This document shows, in pieces, positions 48,314 to 59,357 of a stretch of DNA of 64,000 nucleotides (position 1 is the first letter of the stretch; the number at the start of each line of letters is the position of its first letter). The notes beneath the pieces are model-generated. The model was given only the letters and a program-made list of their open reading frames with translations. It made no database searches and was not told the DNA's origin. The position numbers were made by a program, and so were the translations under genes. The DNA comes from Klebsiella phage vB_KpnP_PW7, in sequence record PQ409239.1; one strand, 5' to 3'.

Positions 48314-48323
48314 GGAGCCAGTG

Positions 48324-48572
48324 ATGGAAATCAATCCAGTTATTGGTTTTGCTAGTGTAAAGGTAGTGACCAAAGGGGGTAAGTTTATCAGTAAACCTAC
48401 CTACCTGCATCGTTTACCTGTAGGAGAAAGTGAAGACTCAATTGATATCAATAAGATTGAAAATGAGTTGTTAACTGGGCTGCGTAAAGTAGTAGAGCAG
48501 CATCCACCCACAGAGTACGAAAGTAACTTTGGCTACTACCTAGAATACACCAAGGCAAGTTATCCCAAATGA
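48324..48572 (+). CDS. Hypothetical. Start adjusted to MEINPVIGF.
   Basis: In-frame ATG. Confidence 0.3.
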   Translation: MEINPVIGFASVKVVTKGGKFISKPTYLHRLPVGESEDSIDINKIENELLTGLRKVVEQHPPTEYESNFGYYLEYTKASYPK

Positions 48573-48811
48573 GTAGCTTATGGGAGAATTCTTTAAGAAA
48601 GGCTCTATTGTACCGAAGAGACTAGGCTTAGCAGATATACCGAAAAAAGTTAGACATCAATTAATATTTAATTGTAACTGTATAGTAGTAGGCAAGGTAA
48701 TAATGCCACTTAAACGAGATGAACCTGTCTTTTTCTTAAAAGCTGGGGGAGTCAAAAAACTCAGTTACATCAAGTTTAAAAACATCAGTATATCAACAAT
48801 ACTTTGTGTAT

Positions 48812-48846
48812 AAGAAAAGCCCCTCTATTGAGGGGCTTATTTTTTA
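48812..48846. terminator. Bidirectional intrinsic terminator at the convergence of the middle genes and the vRNAP gene.
   Basis: AAAA agcccctc-tatt-gaggggct TTATTTTTT. Confidence 0.7.
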
Positions 48847-51800
48847 ATTTACCAGGTTATGCCATGGGTTAAGGCTAGGTGCTCGTAAGCCCTGACCAAA
48901 CCCGAAGGAATAATCCAGTCTGCCATCTGCCATCAGGCTAAACATGTTGTCCTGAATAGGCAGACCTACATTACCAAACATGGTAGGAGCAGGAACCACG
49001 GTAGCAATCAGCGAGTGCACTGGGTTGTTACGAATCATGGATACTGCAACCTTAGCTGAACGAATCTTAAAGTTGTAGAACCACATAAGACCCATGCTTT
49101 CCATATAACCACGGAAACGACCAGGTAGACGGTCATAGTTAACAAACTCTTCCGTAACACGACCAAGTGCTTCTGCTTTGCCCATCTTCTTACGCTTAGT
49201 CAGGTCATCATAGATGATTGCTTTAGCGATAAAGTCAGAGTACTCAACAGTTTTCTGAATACCTTGGAACAGTGCAGTATCCTTGGTAATGAGTGCGTAA
49301 CGACCAGCAGTACGTAAACCTTTAGGCAGCTTGTTAGCCAGCTGGTCAATGTACTGGTGCAGCTTACCTTCGGTAATGAGAATCTCATCACGACCGATAC
49401 CAGAGTCAGCGATAGAAGAGAACTCACCACGTTCAATCAGAGGCCAAATCGACATACGCTTGTGGCTGTCAGTAATAGACTGAATCTCAGCTTCAAGCTT
49501 ACGTGACTGGTTCGGATTGGTAGAGGCACGTAATTCCGCTTCTGCTTCAATCTGACGAATACGGCTTTTAAGATACTGGTTAATCTCACTGGTTTTACGA
49601 GGAAGGTTAACAGCAATATCCTTAACCGGTACACCACGACCAATCATCTGATAGATGTTAGCCAGGAAGTTAACAGCAGGAACCACCATAGACTTAACAA
49701 CAATCAGAGTCTTGGCATCCTTAACAGCACTCTGAATAGTATTCTCAGCATTCATCATGTAACGGTAAGCTTTGTTACCGAATGCACCAATGAACATCTT
49801 CTTAACGGTGTCCAGAGTTTCATCATTCCAACGACTATTACCAGTCCATGCATCACCTACAGAAGCAGAGCGATAACCGAATGCATCATTTAGCATGTCA
49901 CGGCGTACCCACAACTGATTCTCACCAAAGAGACTTTCAGCCTTTTTACGAGTCTCAAGGTTCATCAGCTTAACAGCATCAGACAATACAGCATCGTTAG
50001 TCTGGCCAAATACATTGACGTACTGAGACTGGTTAGAAGAAGACTCTTTCAGGTCAGCTTCATACATGTCATGCAGACGTTCAATGAGTGCATCGTTGTA
50101 AGCCTGTGCTTTAGCCTCTTCTACCTGACGACCACGCCATACGCCAACCATCTTAGCGAAGTGGTTATCCTGGTTCAGATGCTTAAGCATATCCGGGTTA
50201 ACAGAACGCTCATACGCTACCACCATGCCCTTATCATCGTAGATTGGTAACAGAGGCTCATCACCACGCTCACCACGTGCCATAGCCTTCTGGATGCGTT
50301 TTACAGTGTGCATATCTGTAATACGCCCAGCTACCATAGTGTTCATGGTGAAGCCAGTTCCTACGTCTACTCCATTAGCAGTGTCACGAACGTTTTGCAG
50401 GATACCCTGACTAAACGGAGCACGTGCAGCCACAGGACTGAAGTAGTAACCACGGCTGGCTTTATTAGTGTCAGCTGAGGAACCAGTGTAAGTACCTACA
50501 CGAACGTAGGAACGCTCATTGAGTAACCCAAAGTCACCATCTTCAGCTACGATGAGGTTAACGCCCTGTTGCTGCATAGTAGGGATGTAACCTTTGTAGC
50601 TGTTCAGTTTGGTACGTGGGTCACTGTTAGCCTTACGTACTTCTTCCACACGCTGGCCTACCATGTAAGACAGAGAGAAATCCATACCTTCAACTTCGCT
50701 TTGAGCCAGGGAAGAGAGAATATCCCGGTCAGCCTTGTTCATGGTTTCCAGTGCATAGAGAGTAATCAGCTTATCCAGTGCAGCTACATCTACAGTTGAT
50801 TTAGCAGCAGTACGTTCACCGAGCAAACGACTAATAGCGTATGCGTTACGGAGTAAGTTATTACCTACCACACCGGTAATCATGTACTTAGCTAACTGCT
50901 TAGACTTACGTTCAATGAGTCCCCAGTTACGACCAGCTTGGGCAGACAAGCTTGCTTCCAGCTTATTGATTTCTGCATCAACAAGTTTGCTGTCAGACAG
51001 CAGGTCACGGATATCACCCATGCTCATGGTTTCACGCAAAACAGCAAGGTCAGTTTTACCCAAACCAGTGTGCATTGCTCCCCACTCTTCTTTGCTGAGT
51101 TCACGGGTAAACTTCTCAGCAATAATAGTTGGAAGGTTTTCACGGAACTGCTGACGGTCTTGTTGAATCTGAGAACGAACAGCTTTAATCATGTCGTAGA
51201 CATTAGCGTTAGTCTTAGTACGACCAACAATATCGTTAACCAGGTCATGGAAAGGTTTCCATACTTTACCCTGGTTCATAGCAGCCATCACACCCTGTGC
51301 AACCTTCTCCCCGTTCTTCTCTGTGGCAACAGCAGCAACAAGCTGTGCAGCATGTGCAGTAGCTTTGACCAGTGGATTACTGGTATTAGCTGCCACATCA
51401 CGAGCACGGTCCAGAGTAGCATCAGCCAGACGCTCTACCCCATCAATCACATACTGATTAGCACGGTCAATCATACTGCCAGTAGGGTTAGCTACTGAGT
51501 CATAGAACGACTCACGGTTAAGAGAAGCTTCCGTTATACGGTTAGTCAGTGCATCAATGCTTTCTTGTACATTCTGAGACTTATTATCACCAGCCAGACG
51601 AGTATTAAGGGATTCCATTGCCTGAGTACCAGCATTGGTCAGGATATTGTCCAGAGTGTTATTCAGTTTAAGGTCAGCTTTAGGTACAGGCATCTTTTCC
51701 AATACAGCACGGAATTCATCGTTAACCATAGCCAGCCCCATGAACACAGGCAGCAGAGTAGAACGACCTTGTTTATCAGTACCAGCAATATTGGTACCAA

Positions 51801-54800
51801 GTACAGTGTTGAACTTCTCCTGTGCATAGTAACGGTCAGCCGGGTCAGTGCTATCTGGATTACTCATAAAGTCTTCCACCTTCAGGTTTTTAGACACATG
51901 AGCAAACAGCTCCTGAGCACGTGACATAGCTAATGAGTCAATCTGTGCTTCAGTAGCCATAGCAGCTACAACCATCTGGAACACTGACTGTTCTTGCATG
52001 GTCATAGGGAAACCATGAGCCTGTACAGAACGAGTCATACTGGTAGCCAGCATCAGTGCATCTTGCACCTTACCTTTACGCTCAATCTGGTCAACTGGGC
52101 TAACACGCAAGTAGTTAGTAACCAGGTTATCAAACGTTTTGTTCAGCTCAGTAAGACGGTCATTGTTACCGTAGGTAGTGTTATGGAACAGGGTACCATC
52201 GGTAGCAGTAGCCTGAGTTGTAGGCTGACTACGCATAAGTACAGCACTGTTAAACAGCAGATTGCTAAACATGTCATCTGCTACTTTCGGTGCAACCTTA
52301 CGCCCCCAAATCAGTTTCTTAATTGCTGCATAAACGTCTTTAGCAATTCGAACCACGGAAAGGGTTGTCTTCTGTTTCATAGTCAGAGCACGGTTAGTCA
52401 AACCCCATGCCATGAACTCGTTAACAGCAGCAGCCTTAGCTAAACCTGGTTCTACAAAACCGTTATTAAGATGTCCGTCAATGGTATACAAGGCATCTTC
52501 ATAGGCATCACGCATTGCTGGATTTTCCCGTGACATATCCAGATTACGGAATTGCTCCATAAGTTGCTCAATGTTTTCCACAGCATCTTTAACAGTTGGG
52601 TCAGAATTCTCGTTGCTATAATGAGCAAGCACTTTTTCAAACGTAGCAGCGTGAACCAACTCATGAACAAGAGTTTCCATTGATGGACTAACCAGATAAA
52701 TAGTCTGGTCATCAAAGTTAGTCCAACCATGGATATCACCTTCTTGAGCAGCTTCCATTTCCTGAGAAGACAATTCAGTCAGGTTCTTCTCTTTGGCGTA
52801 TGCAGACAACTGAGCAGGTGTACCGTAGATAACCTTATAGTCTTTAGCTGATAGAGACTTTTGAATCTCGTTAAGGACAGCAGACTGTTCAGCAGTCATC
52901 TTCATAGCTTTAGCCAAATTGCTAATAGCTGTGTTAGATAGAATACGTACACCAGTCTTATGAGCACGGCCTACAGTATCAAAGCCTACCTCTGGTTTAG
53001 CCTTAACAGGTTTGGTAGCAGATTTGCGAGACTGAAGCTCTTCGTCAAACAGACGGTTGAGTTCAGCTACTTGCTCATCAACAGTCATGTTACTCAGGTC
53101 AATCTTCCCTTGGTTCACATAAGGAGCACCAACAGCAGCCATCTGGTCAACAGTGGTCTGTACCTTATCCATTATCTTGTGGCGAATATCTACACCCAGG
53201 GCAATATTACGAAGGTTACGTTCGATTTGTGCACTAGCAGCCTGAATATCATCAATGGTTGCTTTTTCACGTTCTGTGAATTCCAGAGCAGACGCTTTAA
53301 TTGCATCAATTGCTTCTGGAGACAGCTCGTTAAAGTCAACGTTCTTCATGAACTTAGCGAAAGAGTCATAAACGTTTTTAATTGGGTTGCCTTGCCAAGA
53401 GGTGTATACAGCCTCGTTAGCTTTACGGGAAGCATCCTCAATATCGTTCAGACCAATGTTCATACCATCAAAGATTTTCAGAGTGTTCTTTGGTGCACCC
53501 TTCATAGTAGACAGGGTCTGCATCATCATCCCATCACCAGTACCAATGGTCATGAATGGGATACCAGCAACGCCAGCCTGAGAAGGTGCGTAGATGCTCA
53601 TAGGAACACGCATACGGTCATCGAGATTAGTAGCCAAAACTTGGTTAGCCACTTCACTGTTTTCTGAACCAGCAATATAGAAAGTCTGGGAACCAGTCTC
53701 AATCATTGGGGCCAGATTGTTCAGTGATGCCTGAATGTCGTTAAGTTCTTTCTGAGTAAGGAAATCACCCTTCTTCCATGTTGGGTCTTTTTCTTTTTCC
53801 AGAAGCTTTGCTTGAACACGCTGTTTGAACAGGTCTTCCAGTACCACAGACTGAATCTGAGTAGCCTTCTGAAGTTGTTCAGTAGAGAACATCAGACCTT
53901 GCCCAACAGTCTGGCTAATACCTTCTCTCATTGGTTCAACGAAGAAGTGCAGCATGTTTTCCTGCAAGGCTTTAAGTTGCTCACCCTGTACAGTGAATTT
54001 TTGTGGGTTCAGTTTACCCTTCATGCCTGGACCTGCTTCTTCAATCTGAAGAACGTTCTTACGCTTAACAGGGATAGCAGAAGTAAGTGCATCCATATCA
54101 GCAAGAAAACGCTTAAGCATTTGTTCAGCATGCTCTTCAGAAGCAGCCTGTTTACCGAACATTGCCATAGCAGCAGATACATTAGGATTGTTGGCACGTG
54201 CCTGGAGAACGTCAGACATACGCTCATAGATAGCATCAGTAATTGCACTAACCATCTTCCCTGCAATACCACGAGCACCGGAACCATAGATGGTAATGGT
54301 CAGTGGATTCTTAGCAATACCACGCTTAAGCTCAAGGGTACCGTCCTCACGCAAAGTAAGGTCAGGCAGGAACAAATCCATCAGTGAAGTCAGATGATTC
54401 ATCTGAGTACTGATAGAAGGGTTACTAGCATAGCTATTACGCAGAGCAGTAAGAGATGCTTTCAGTGCATTAGTAGAGGCTTCATAAAGGTCTACGCTGT
54501 CATCAATAGAACGATGTTCGTTCATTGTCTTACCAGCTTTACCGAAGAATAAACCACCCTTAGCAACGTTAGTCAGCCACTCTTTAGAAAACTTACCACC
54601 AGTCATCAATACCATTGCGTTGATAGGGCCGTTAGTAACACCGTCAGCTTCTACATACAGTGGAGTATTGAATGCTGATTTATCCTCTGCATTCAAATAA
54701 CGGGCATATTCCATCAGAGCCATGAGGGCTACGAAAGACTTATCACCACCCAGTGCAGTATTCAGGATTTCAACGGAGTTATCTGGTAAGGAACCAGTCT

Positions 54801-57800
54801 TGTTGAAATCAACCATCATATCTACAGCAGGTTTCAGTTTAACCTCCAGAGCAGCAGTCAGCTTCTGTGCCATGGCATCCCGACTCATGTTATGAACCTT
54901 AATACCAAGTGCCTGAGCCAGCCCTAACTGGAATGCTGAGAAGTCAGCAGAGTTCTGAGAAGACAAGTCCAGAGTAGCTTTAGTAGGCAGAATAGCCTCA
55001 CGAACCAGTTTGGCTGATTGTGGGTTGTACTTACCTAACATCTGCATACGCCCAACACGGGTCATGTTGTAACCGTAGTGGATTGGAACCTCTGAGATAT
55101 TCTCAGACTGAGCACGTACCTGGTTAATAACGTTAAACAGATGGTCATAAGATGCAGCTACGGAAAGGTTTTTACCTTCCATAGAACGAGCAGTGTTTAC
55201 GTTAAGCAGTTCAGGATTAACGGTACCAGCACCTAACAGAGCAAGGATGTTGTCACGTCCCATGGCTTCATAGAAGTTAACCATTGGCTCATGTACAAAG
55301 AACTCAGTCTCTTGTTCTGCTTTAAGGGCTTTACGCTGTTCGGGAGTATTCTGCACAGCTGGGTTACGTAACTGATTACGAGGCACAGCAGGTATATCAT
55401 CACCAAAGTAAATCTTCTCTTCTGGTTCTACCAATACAGCTTCTTCAATAGCAGTAGGGAACTTATTGATTGGGTCGGCTTCATCCAGTTTAGAGATAGA
55501 GTACAGACCAACAGTCTTATTGTTGTCCGGGTCAAACTCATTCATGTTGATGATGGTTTCTGTAACGTCACCAGACTCAACAAAAGCAGCCAGCATTTCA
55601 GCAGCCATAGCAGCAGGAATACCTTTAGTGTAACCCAGTGGTGCATTAGGGTTACGCTCTAATCCCCAGTAAGACTCAATCTTTTGAGCCAAGGAGTTAG
55701 TAGCTTCAACCAGAGTCATACCATTTTCAAAGGTTTCAACGAGGCCATCCGGTAACAGGGATTGGTCCATACCGGTAATAGCAGCTACGTCTTTAGCATC
55801 TTTGATGGCAGAGTTCTGTACAGCAGTGAGTCGCCATTGCAGACCAGCAAGTACAGCAGTCTGTAGCAGTTCCTCATTGTATTTGAAGGTATCACCATCT
55901 TGCTCAACGATGTTAAGCAGCTTACCACCTACCCAACGGTTAGCTTCTGTACCCTCAGCAAAACGCTTACCAACGTTCTTGTTAGAGAGGAATTTCTCCA
56001 TACGATTACGCAGTAAATCAGCAATACCCTCACCATGTTTCATCAGGTCACTGTAGCGTTTAGCCACATCACTGGTGAATGCTGGGTTAGCTTCGTCCTG
56101 ATTTACGTATACTTCGTAACGAGCACGAGAAGACAGTGCCTTAGTCAGGTCACTCAGTGGGGACTCAGAGCCTACGGTACGAGACTTAGGTTCTGCTGGT
56201 ACGTTGAAAGACTTAACAAAGTAGTTGGTAACCTTCTCTGAGGAATACAGATTAGGGTACACAGCAGCAGTACCTTCTTTATTTTCAGTAGGTTGAGTGG
56301 TGGTATCCTCATTAGCGAGGGTAGCATCAGATTCAGCAGGTTCTACCTTTTCAGGTGTAGTCTTAGTTACTTTCTCTTCTTGTACGCTAACCTCTTTAAC
56401 AGGAGTAGTATTTTCTACCACTGGTTCTGTTACAGTAGGTTTGGCCTCCTGAGTTTGTGCAGGAGATTCTTTAACCTGATTCACCGGTTGGGCAGTCTGT
56501 TGAGATGAGGCAGCGTCACGATTGCTTTGACGGAAAGCCTTAACCACCTGAGCAGCTGTATCGTTCAGACGTGAATCCAAAGAGGTAACTTCGATATGAG
56601 GAACTTTCAGCTCCGGGTAAGCCGAGGCGAGAGCATTGGCAATATCGCCTACGGTTTTAGCTTCAAGCCCTACCTGTTGGGCAAACTTAACAGACTTGGT
56701 ATCGTAGGGATTGACACCAAGACCGGTACGACTACGAACCCATTCACGGGAGGGCGTGAGAGCCTGATAATGGACAGACTTATTCTTATCCGCATTCCCA
56801 GAAACAAGATGCTCGTTCAACGCTCCAACCTTATTGCTCATGTGCTGGGCGAATTGCATAAAGTCGTTGAGGTAAGCGGCGGCGAGGTCGAGGTTACCAG
56901 AGTTATACGCAGACCGAATACGCTGAGCATGCTGCAACGCAGAGTACTGACCTTCCTCCGTTCTACTCTCATCGGTTTTAATCTGCTTACCCACAATGTC
57001 TTGAGGGCGAAGACCTAAGCGTTCAGCTTCGGTATCGAACTCACGAGCACCTTTCAAGAGGGCAGCAGCAGTAGTTAATGCAGCCCTCTGACGGTTATTC
57101 AGCTGAATACGACCTTCACTAGCATGTTTAAGAACCATGTCCACTGATTCAGGGGAAAGTTTTTCAGGAGCAACCTGTGCAGCCATTGCTACGTTATTAA
57201 CTTCCTGCTGAGTAGGATTCTCACCAACTTCCAGTTTGCCTTGTTCTGCTGCCTCAGTAACCATACGGTTAATAGCACGGAAAGCACGAGCAACCTTTGG
57301 AGTATTCTGAATGTTGGCGATAAGGCCAGAGTACTGGTCAAGTACAGCATTAGCTGGTGAGTCGCTAGGCAGGTTATTCAGAGCAGCCGGGTCACGGTTT
57401 ACAAACTCTTCAAAGCCCATTACCCCATCATACAGATAAGAGGCAGCAGTCATCAGTGCCTGTGGGTCAGTCTCTTCTGTAGAGTTAACCAGGTCTGCTA
57501 ATTTCTGAATAGCTTCTACACGGTTAGTGGAACCAGTGACAGCAGCTTTAACTGCATCTGGTGCATCAGCATATTCAGCTTCATCAAAACGAGTAGCATT
57601 AACCAGGTCAGAAGCATAACGGTAAGCAGCTTCTTTCTGTTCCGGGGTAGCATCAGTTTCGTTAACAGCAGTGTACAGTGTCTCTTCTGCATTAGCAGCC
57701 TGTGCTGTGGCTTCCTGTGCAGCAGCCTGAACGGTTTCGTCAGCTACAGGGGATGCTTGTTCGTTCTGTTGCATTACTCGCTCACCACGGGCTACCAGAG

Positions 57801-59256
57801 CGTCACGCAGTGGTTTAGTAGCAGCAGACCCAACATTACCTACAGCACGCAAACCAGCCATAGTAGTACGAATGGCAGGAGACAGAGCAGCACCCACAGC
57901 CTTACCAGCAGCACCAGGAGCTTGTACAACCCCAGCAGCACCAAAGCCATAGAGAGCACCCAAGCCAAGCTGTTCACCAACACCTTTAGCCAGGTCTTGG
58001 TTTTTATCGATGTTCTGCTTTTGTGCAATGTTTTGAGACAGTTGACCAGTGGCACCTTGAATACCCTCTTCAATAGTCTCACGACCCATGTTGCTAACTG
58101 CTGAACCAAGGGAACCTACACGCATTGGAGCCGTCTCAAAACGAGATACCAATGGGCCAGTAGCAGCAGCAATAGGGAATTGAATAGCAGCAGCATCAAT
58201 ACCAGTTTCAGATGCAGTCTGACGACGTGCTTCATCAGGAGACATACCATCAGCAATGTGCTGTTGGTATACAGGAGATTTAACTAGCAGTTCCTGGTGA
58301 GGCATCTTAAGGATGTCACTGGCAGTCTGTTGGTAGACACCACCAGCTTCCATTGCACCAATACCTAGCATGCCAGGTGCAACACGACCCGCTTTATCCA
58401 GAGCAGCAACACCAATACGAGCCAGTGAGTTAGTACCACTAGCAGCATCGATTGCAGCAGCTACACGAGCACCCTGTACAGCACGAGTACCAGTAACTAC
58501 TTTACCAAGGGCATTGATACCTTTAATGATTGGGCCAGCAGCAAACAGGGAACCTACACCTTCAGCCAGACCATCAGTTAAAGCAGTACCGTCTTGCATG
58601 ACGTTACCAACAGAATCCAGTGCATCACGCCCAACAAGAGACAGTGCAGCAATGGTAGGGTTAGTACCATCTTTAATATCTTGTTTGTACTGGTTCTCGT
58701 TTTCCAGTGCAGTAATCTGACCCTGAGAAGCAACGACCTTACGGCGAGCATTCAAAGCATCACTCTGTGTAGAGTGTACCCAATCACCCAGGTTACCTAG
58801 TTGCTCGGATGCCCAAGCACCAGCATTATCGTTGACCAAGCCTGCCCCAAGAGCAGCAATACCCCCAAGGGTATTACCAAGACCAAGAGCAACACCAGAA
58901 GCAGTGTCAATGGCTCCACGCCCCGGAGTACGTTCAATAGTCTTATCACGGTATACCTGGTCAGCAGCATTAGCCCTCTGATTAATAAGTTGAGTACCTT
59001 GTTCGATACCATACTTATTAATGAGTTCTAATGGGGAAAGGTTAGTAAAGTCGGATGCAATAGAACCTTGCTCAAAGGCACCAGTTCCTAGATTTCCAAC
59101 GCGTCCAGCCTGAAGCTGGTAGGCGTTATCTTGAGAGATAGGAGTAGGGATGATACCTTGCTCTGCCTTCTTCTGGTCGGTTGCAGTAGAGACGCTAACT
59201 TGCTTGGCATTGGTTACGCTGTCTGCAAACCCAGCCAGTCTGTCAAATGTTGACAT
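48844..59256 (-). CDS. Virion-encapsidated RNA polymerase (N4 gp50-like), about 3470 aa.
   Basis: N4 vRNAP is 3500 aa. T7-like motifs sit in the central region (TIYGSGARGIAGKM motif-B-like; DGVTNG and FDGMNIG Asp motifs). It is the last gene of the minus-strand late block. The ORF-track start is a TTG; the start was moved to ATG (MSTFDRLAGF) with an aggaaa RBS. Confidence 0.8.
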   Translation of the reverse strand: MSTFDRLAGFADSVTNAKQVSVSTATDQKKAEQGIIPTPISQDNAYQLQAGRVGNLGTGAFEQGSIASDFTNLSPLELINKYGIEQGTQLINQRANAADQVYRDKTIERTPGRGAIDTASGVALGLGNTLGGIAALGAGLVNDNAGAWASEQLGNLGDWVHSTQSDALNARRKVVASQGQITALENENQYKQDIKDGTNPTIAALSLVGRDALDSVGNVMQDGTALTDGLAEGVGSLFAAGPIIKGINALGKVVTGTRAVQGARVAAAIDAASGTNSLARIGVAALDKAGRVAPGMLGIGAMEAGGVYQQTASDILKMPHQELLVKSPVYQQHIADGMSPDEARRQTASETGIDAAAIQFPIAAATGPLVSRFETAPMRVGSLGSAVSNMGRETIEEGIQGATGQLSQNIAQKQNIDKNQDLAKGVGEQLGLGALYGFGAAGVVQAPGAAGKAVGAALSPAIRTTMAGLRAVGNVGSAATKPLRDALVARGERVMQQNEQASPVADETVQAAAQEATAQAANAEETLYTAVNETDATPEQKEAAYRYASDLVNATRFDEAEYADAPDAVKAAVTGSTNRVEAIQKLADLVNSTEETDPQALMTAASYLYDGVMGFEEFVNRDPAALNNLPSDSPANAVLDQYSGLIANIQNTPKVARAFRAINRMVTEAAEQGKLEVGENPTQQEVNNVAMAAQVAPEKLSPESVDMVLKHASEGRIQLNNRQRAALTTAAALLKGAREFDTEAERLGLRPQDIVGKQIKTDESRTEEGQYSALQHAQRIRSAYNSGNLDLAAAYLNDFMQFAQHMSNKVGALNEHLVSGNADKNKSVHYQALTPSREWVRSRTGLGVNPYDTKSVKFAQQVGLEAKTVGDIANALASAYPELKVPHIEVTSLDSRLNDTAAQVVKAFRQSNRDAASSQQTAQPVNQVKESPAQTQEAKPTVTEPVVENTTPVKEVSVQEEKVTKTTPEKVEPAESDATLANEDTTTQPTENKEGTAAVYPNLYSSEKVTNYFVKSFNVPAEPKSRTVGSESPLSDLTKALSSRARYEVYVNQDEANPAFTSDVAKRYSDLMKHGEGIADLLRNRMEKFLSNKNVGKRFAEGTEANRWVGGKLLNIVEQDGDTFKYNEELLQTAVLAGLQWRLTAVQNSAIKDAKDVAAITGMDQSLLPDGLVETFENGMTLVEATNSLAQKIESYWGLERNPNAPLGYTKGIPAAMAAEMLAAFVESGDVTETIINMNEFDPDNNKTVGLYSISKLDEADPINKFPTAIEEAVLVEPEEKIYFGDDIPAVPRNQLRNPAVQNTPEQRKALKAEQETEFFVHEPMVNFYEAMGRDNILALLGAGTVNPELLNVNTARSMEGKNLSVAASYDHLFNVINQVRAQSENISEVPIHYGYNMTRVGRMQMLGKYNPQSAKLVREAILPTKATLDLSSQNSADFSAFQLGLAQALGIKVHNMSRDAMAQKLTAALEVKLKPAVDMMVDFNKTGSLPDNSVEILNTALGGDKSFVALMALMEYARYLNAEDKSAFNTPLYVEADGVTNGPINAMVLMTGGKFSKEWLTNVAKGGLFFGKAGKTMNEHRSIDDSVDLYEASTNALKASLTALRNSYASNPSISTQMNHLTSLMDLFLPDLTLREDGTLELKRGIAKNPLTITIYGSGARGIAGKMVSAITDAIYERMSDVLQARANNPNVSAAMAMFGKQAASEEHAEQMLKRFLADMDALTSAIPVKRKNVLQIEEAGPGMKGKLNPQKFTVQGEQLKALQENMLHFFVEPMREGISQTVGQGLMFSTEQLQKATQIQSVVLEDLFKQRVQAKLLEKEKDPTWKKGDFLTQKELNDIQASLNNLAPMIETGSQTFYIAGSENSEVANQVLATNLDDRMRVPMSIYAPSQAGVAGIPFMTIGTGDGMMMQTLSTMKGAPKNTLKIFDGMNIGLNDIEDASRKANEAVYTSWQGNPIKNVYDSFAKFMKNVDFNELSPEAIDAIKASALEFTEREKATIDDIQAASAQIERNLRNIALGVDIRHKIMDKVQTTVDQMAAVGAPYVNQGKIDLSNMTVDEQVAELNRLFDEELQSRKSATKPVKAKPEVGFDTVGRAHKTGVRILSNTAISNLAKAMKMTAEQSAVLNEIQKSLSAKDYKVIYGTPAQLSAYAKEKNLTELSSQEMEAAQEGDIHGWTNFDDQTIYLVSPSMETLVHELVHAATFEKVLAHYSNENSDPTVKDAVENIEQLMEQFRNLDMSRENPAMRDAYEDALYTIDGHLNNGFVEPGLAKAAAVNEFMAWGLTNRALTMKQKTTLSVVRIAKDVYAAIKKLIWGRKVAPKVADDMFSNLLFNSAVLMRSQPTTQATATDGTLFHNTTYGNNDRLTELNKTFDNLVTNYLRVSPVDQIERKGKVQDALMLATSMTRSVQAHGFPMTMQEQSVFQMVVAAMATEAQIDSLAMSRAQELFAHVSKNLKVEDFMSNPDSTDPADRYYAQEKFNTVLGTNIAGTDKQGRSTLLPVFMGLAMVNDEFRAVLEKMPVPKADLKLNNTLDNILTNAGTQAMESLNTRLAGDNKSQNVQESIDALTNRITEASLNRESFYDSVANPTGSMIDRANQYVIDGVERLADATLDRARDVAANTSNPLVKATAHAAQLVAAVATEKNGEKVAQGVMAAMNQGKVWKPFHDLVNDIVGRTKTNANVYDMIKAVRSQIQQDRQQFRENLPTIIAEKFTRELSKEEWGAMHTGLGKTDLAVLRETMSMGDIRDLLSDSKLVDAEINKLEASLSAQAGRNWGLIERKSKQLAKYMITGVVGNNLLRNAYAISRLLGERTAAKSTVDVAALDKLITLYALETMNKADRDILSSLAQSEVEGMDFSLSYMVGQRVEEVRKANSDPRTKLNSYKGYIPTMQQQGVNLIVAEDGDFGLLNERSYVRVGTYTGSSADTNKASRGYYFSPVAARAPFSQGILQNVRDTANGVDVGTGFTMNTMVAGRITDMHTVKRIQKAMARGERGDEPLLPIYDDKGMVVAYERSVNPDMLKHLNQDNHFAKMVGVWRGRQVEEAKAQAYNDALIERLHDMYEADLKESSSNQSQYVNVFGQTNDAVLSDAVKLMNLETRKKAESLFGENQLWVRRDMLNDAFGYRSASVGDAWTGNSRWNDETLDTVKKMFIGAFGNKAYRYMMNAENTIQSAVKDAKTLIVVKSMVVPAVNFLANIYQMIGRGVPVKDIAVNLPRKTSEINQYLKSRIRQIEAEAELRASTNPNQSRKLEAEIQSITDSHKRMSIWPLIERGEFSSIADSGIGRDEILITEGKLHQYIDQLANKLPKGLRTAGRYALITKDTALFQGIQKTVEYSDFIAKAIIYDDLTKRKKMGKAEALGRVTEEFVNYDRLPGRFRGYMESMGLMWFYNFKIRSAKVAVSMIRNNPVHSLIATVVPAPTMFGNVGLPIQDNMFSLMADGRLDYSFGFGQGLRAPSLNPWHNLVN

Positions 59257-59321
59257 GGTAGGTTTCCTATTCAAACTTATATCTATTAGAGAACACACTA
59301 TATACAAAGTGTGAGCGAGAA

Positions 59322-59345
59322 AAAAGCCCCGAAGGGCTTTAGTTA
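59322..59345 (-). terminator. Intrinsic terminator between the upstream virion gene and the vRNAP gene.
   Basis: On the minus strand: gccc-ttcg-gggc followed by TTTTTT. Confidence 0.5.
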
Positions 59346-59357
59346 GTATGAGGGAAT

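Noticed and set aside
49200-58109. Many 60-240-aa ORFs on the plus strand inside the vRNAP gene (for example 52960-53667 and 50938-51498).
   Set aside because: They are antisense to a continuous ~3470-aa ORF with clear polymerase motifs, have low-complexity composition and lack RBSs. They are spurious.
48844-59307. ORF-track start of the vRNAP gene at 59307.
   Set aside because: It corresponds to a TTG codon; the downstream ATG with an RBS at 59256 was preferred.
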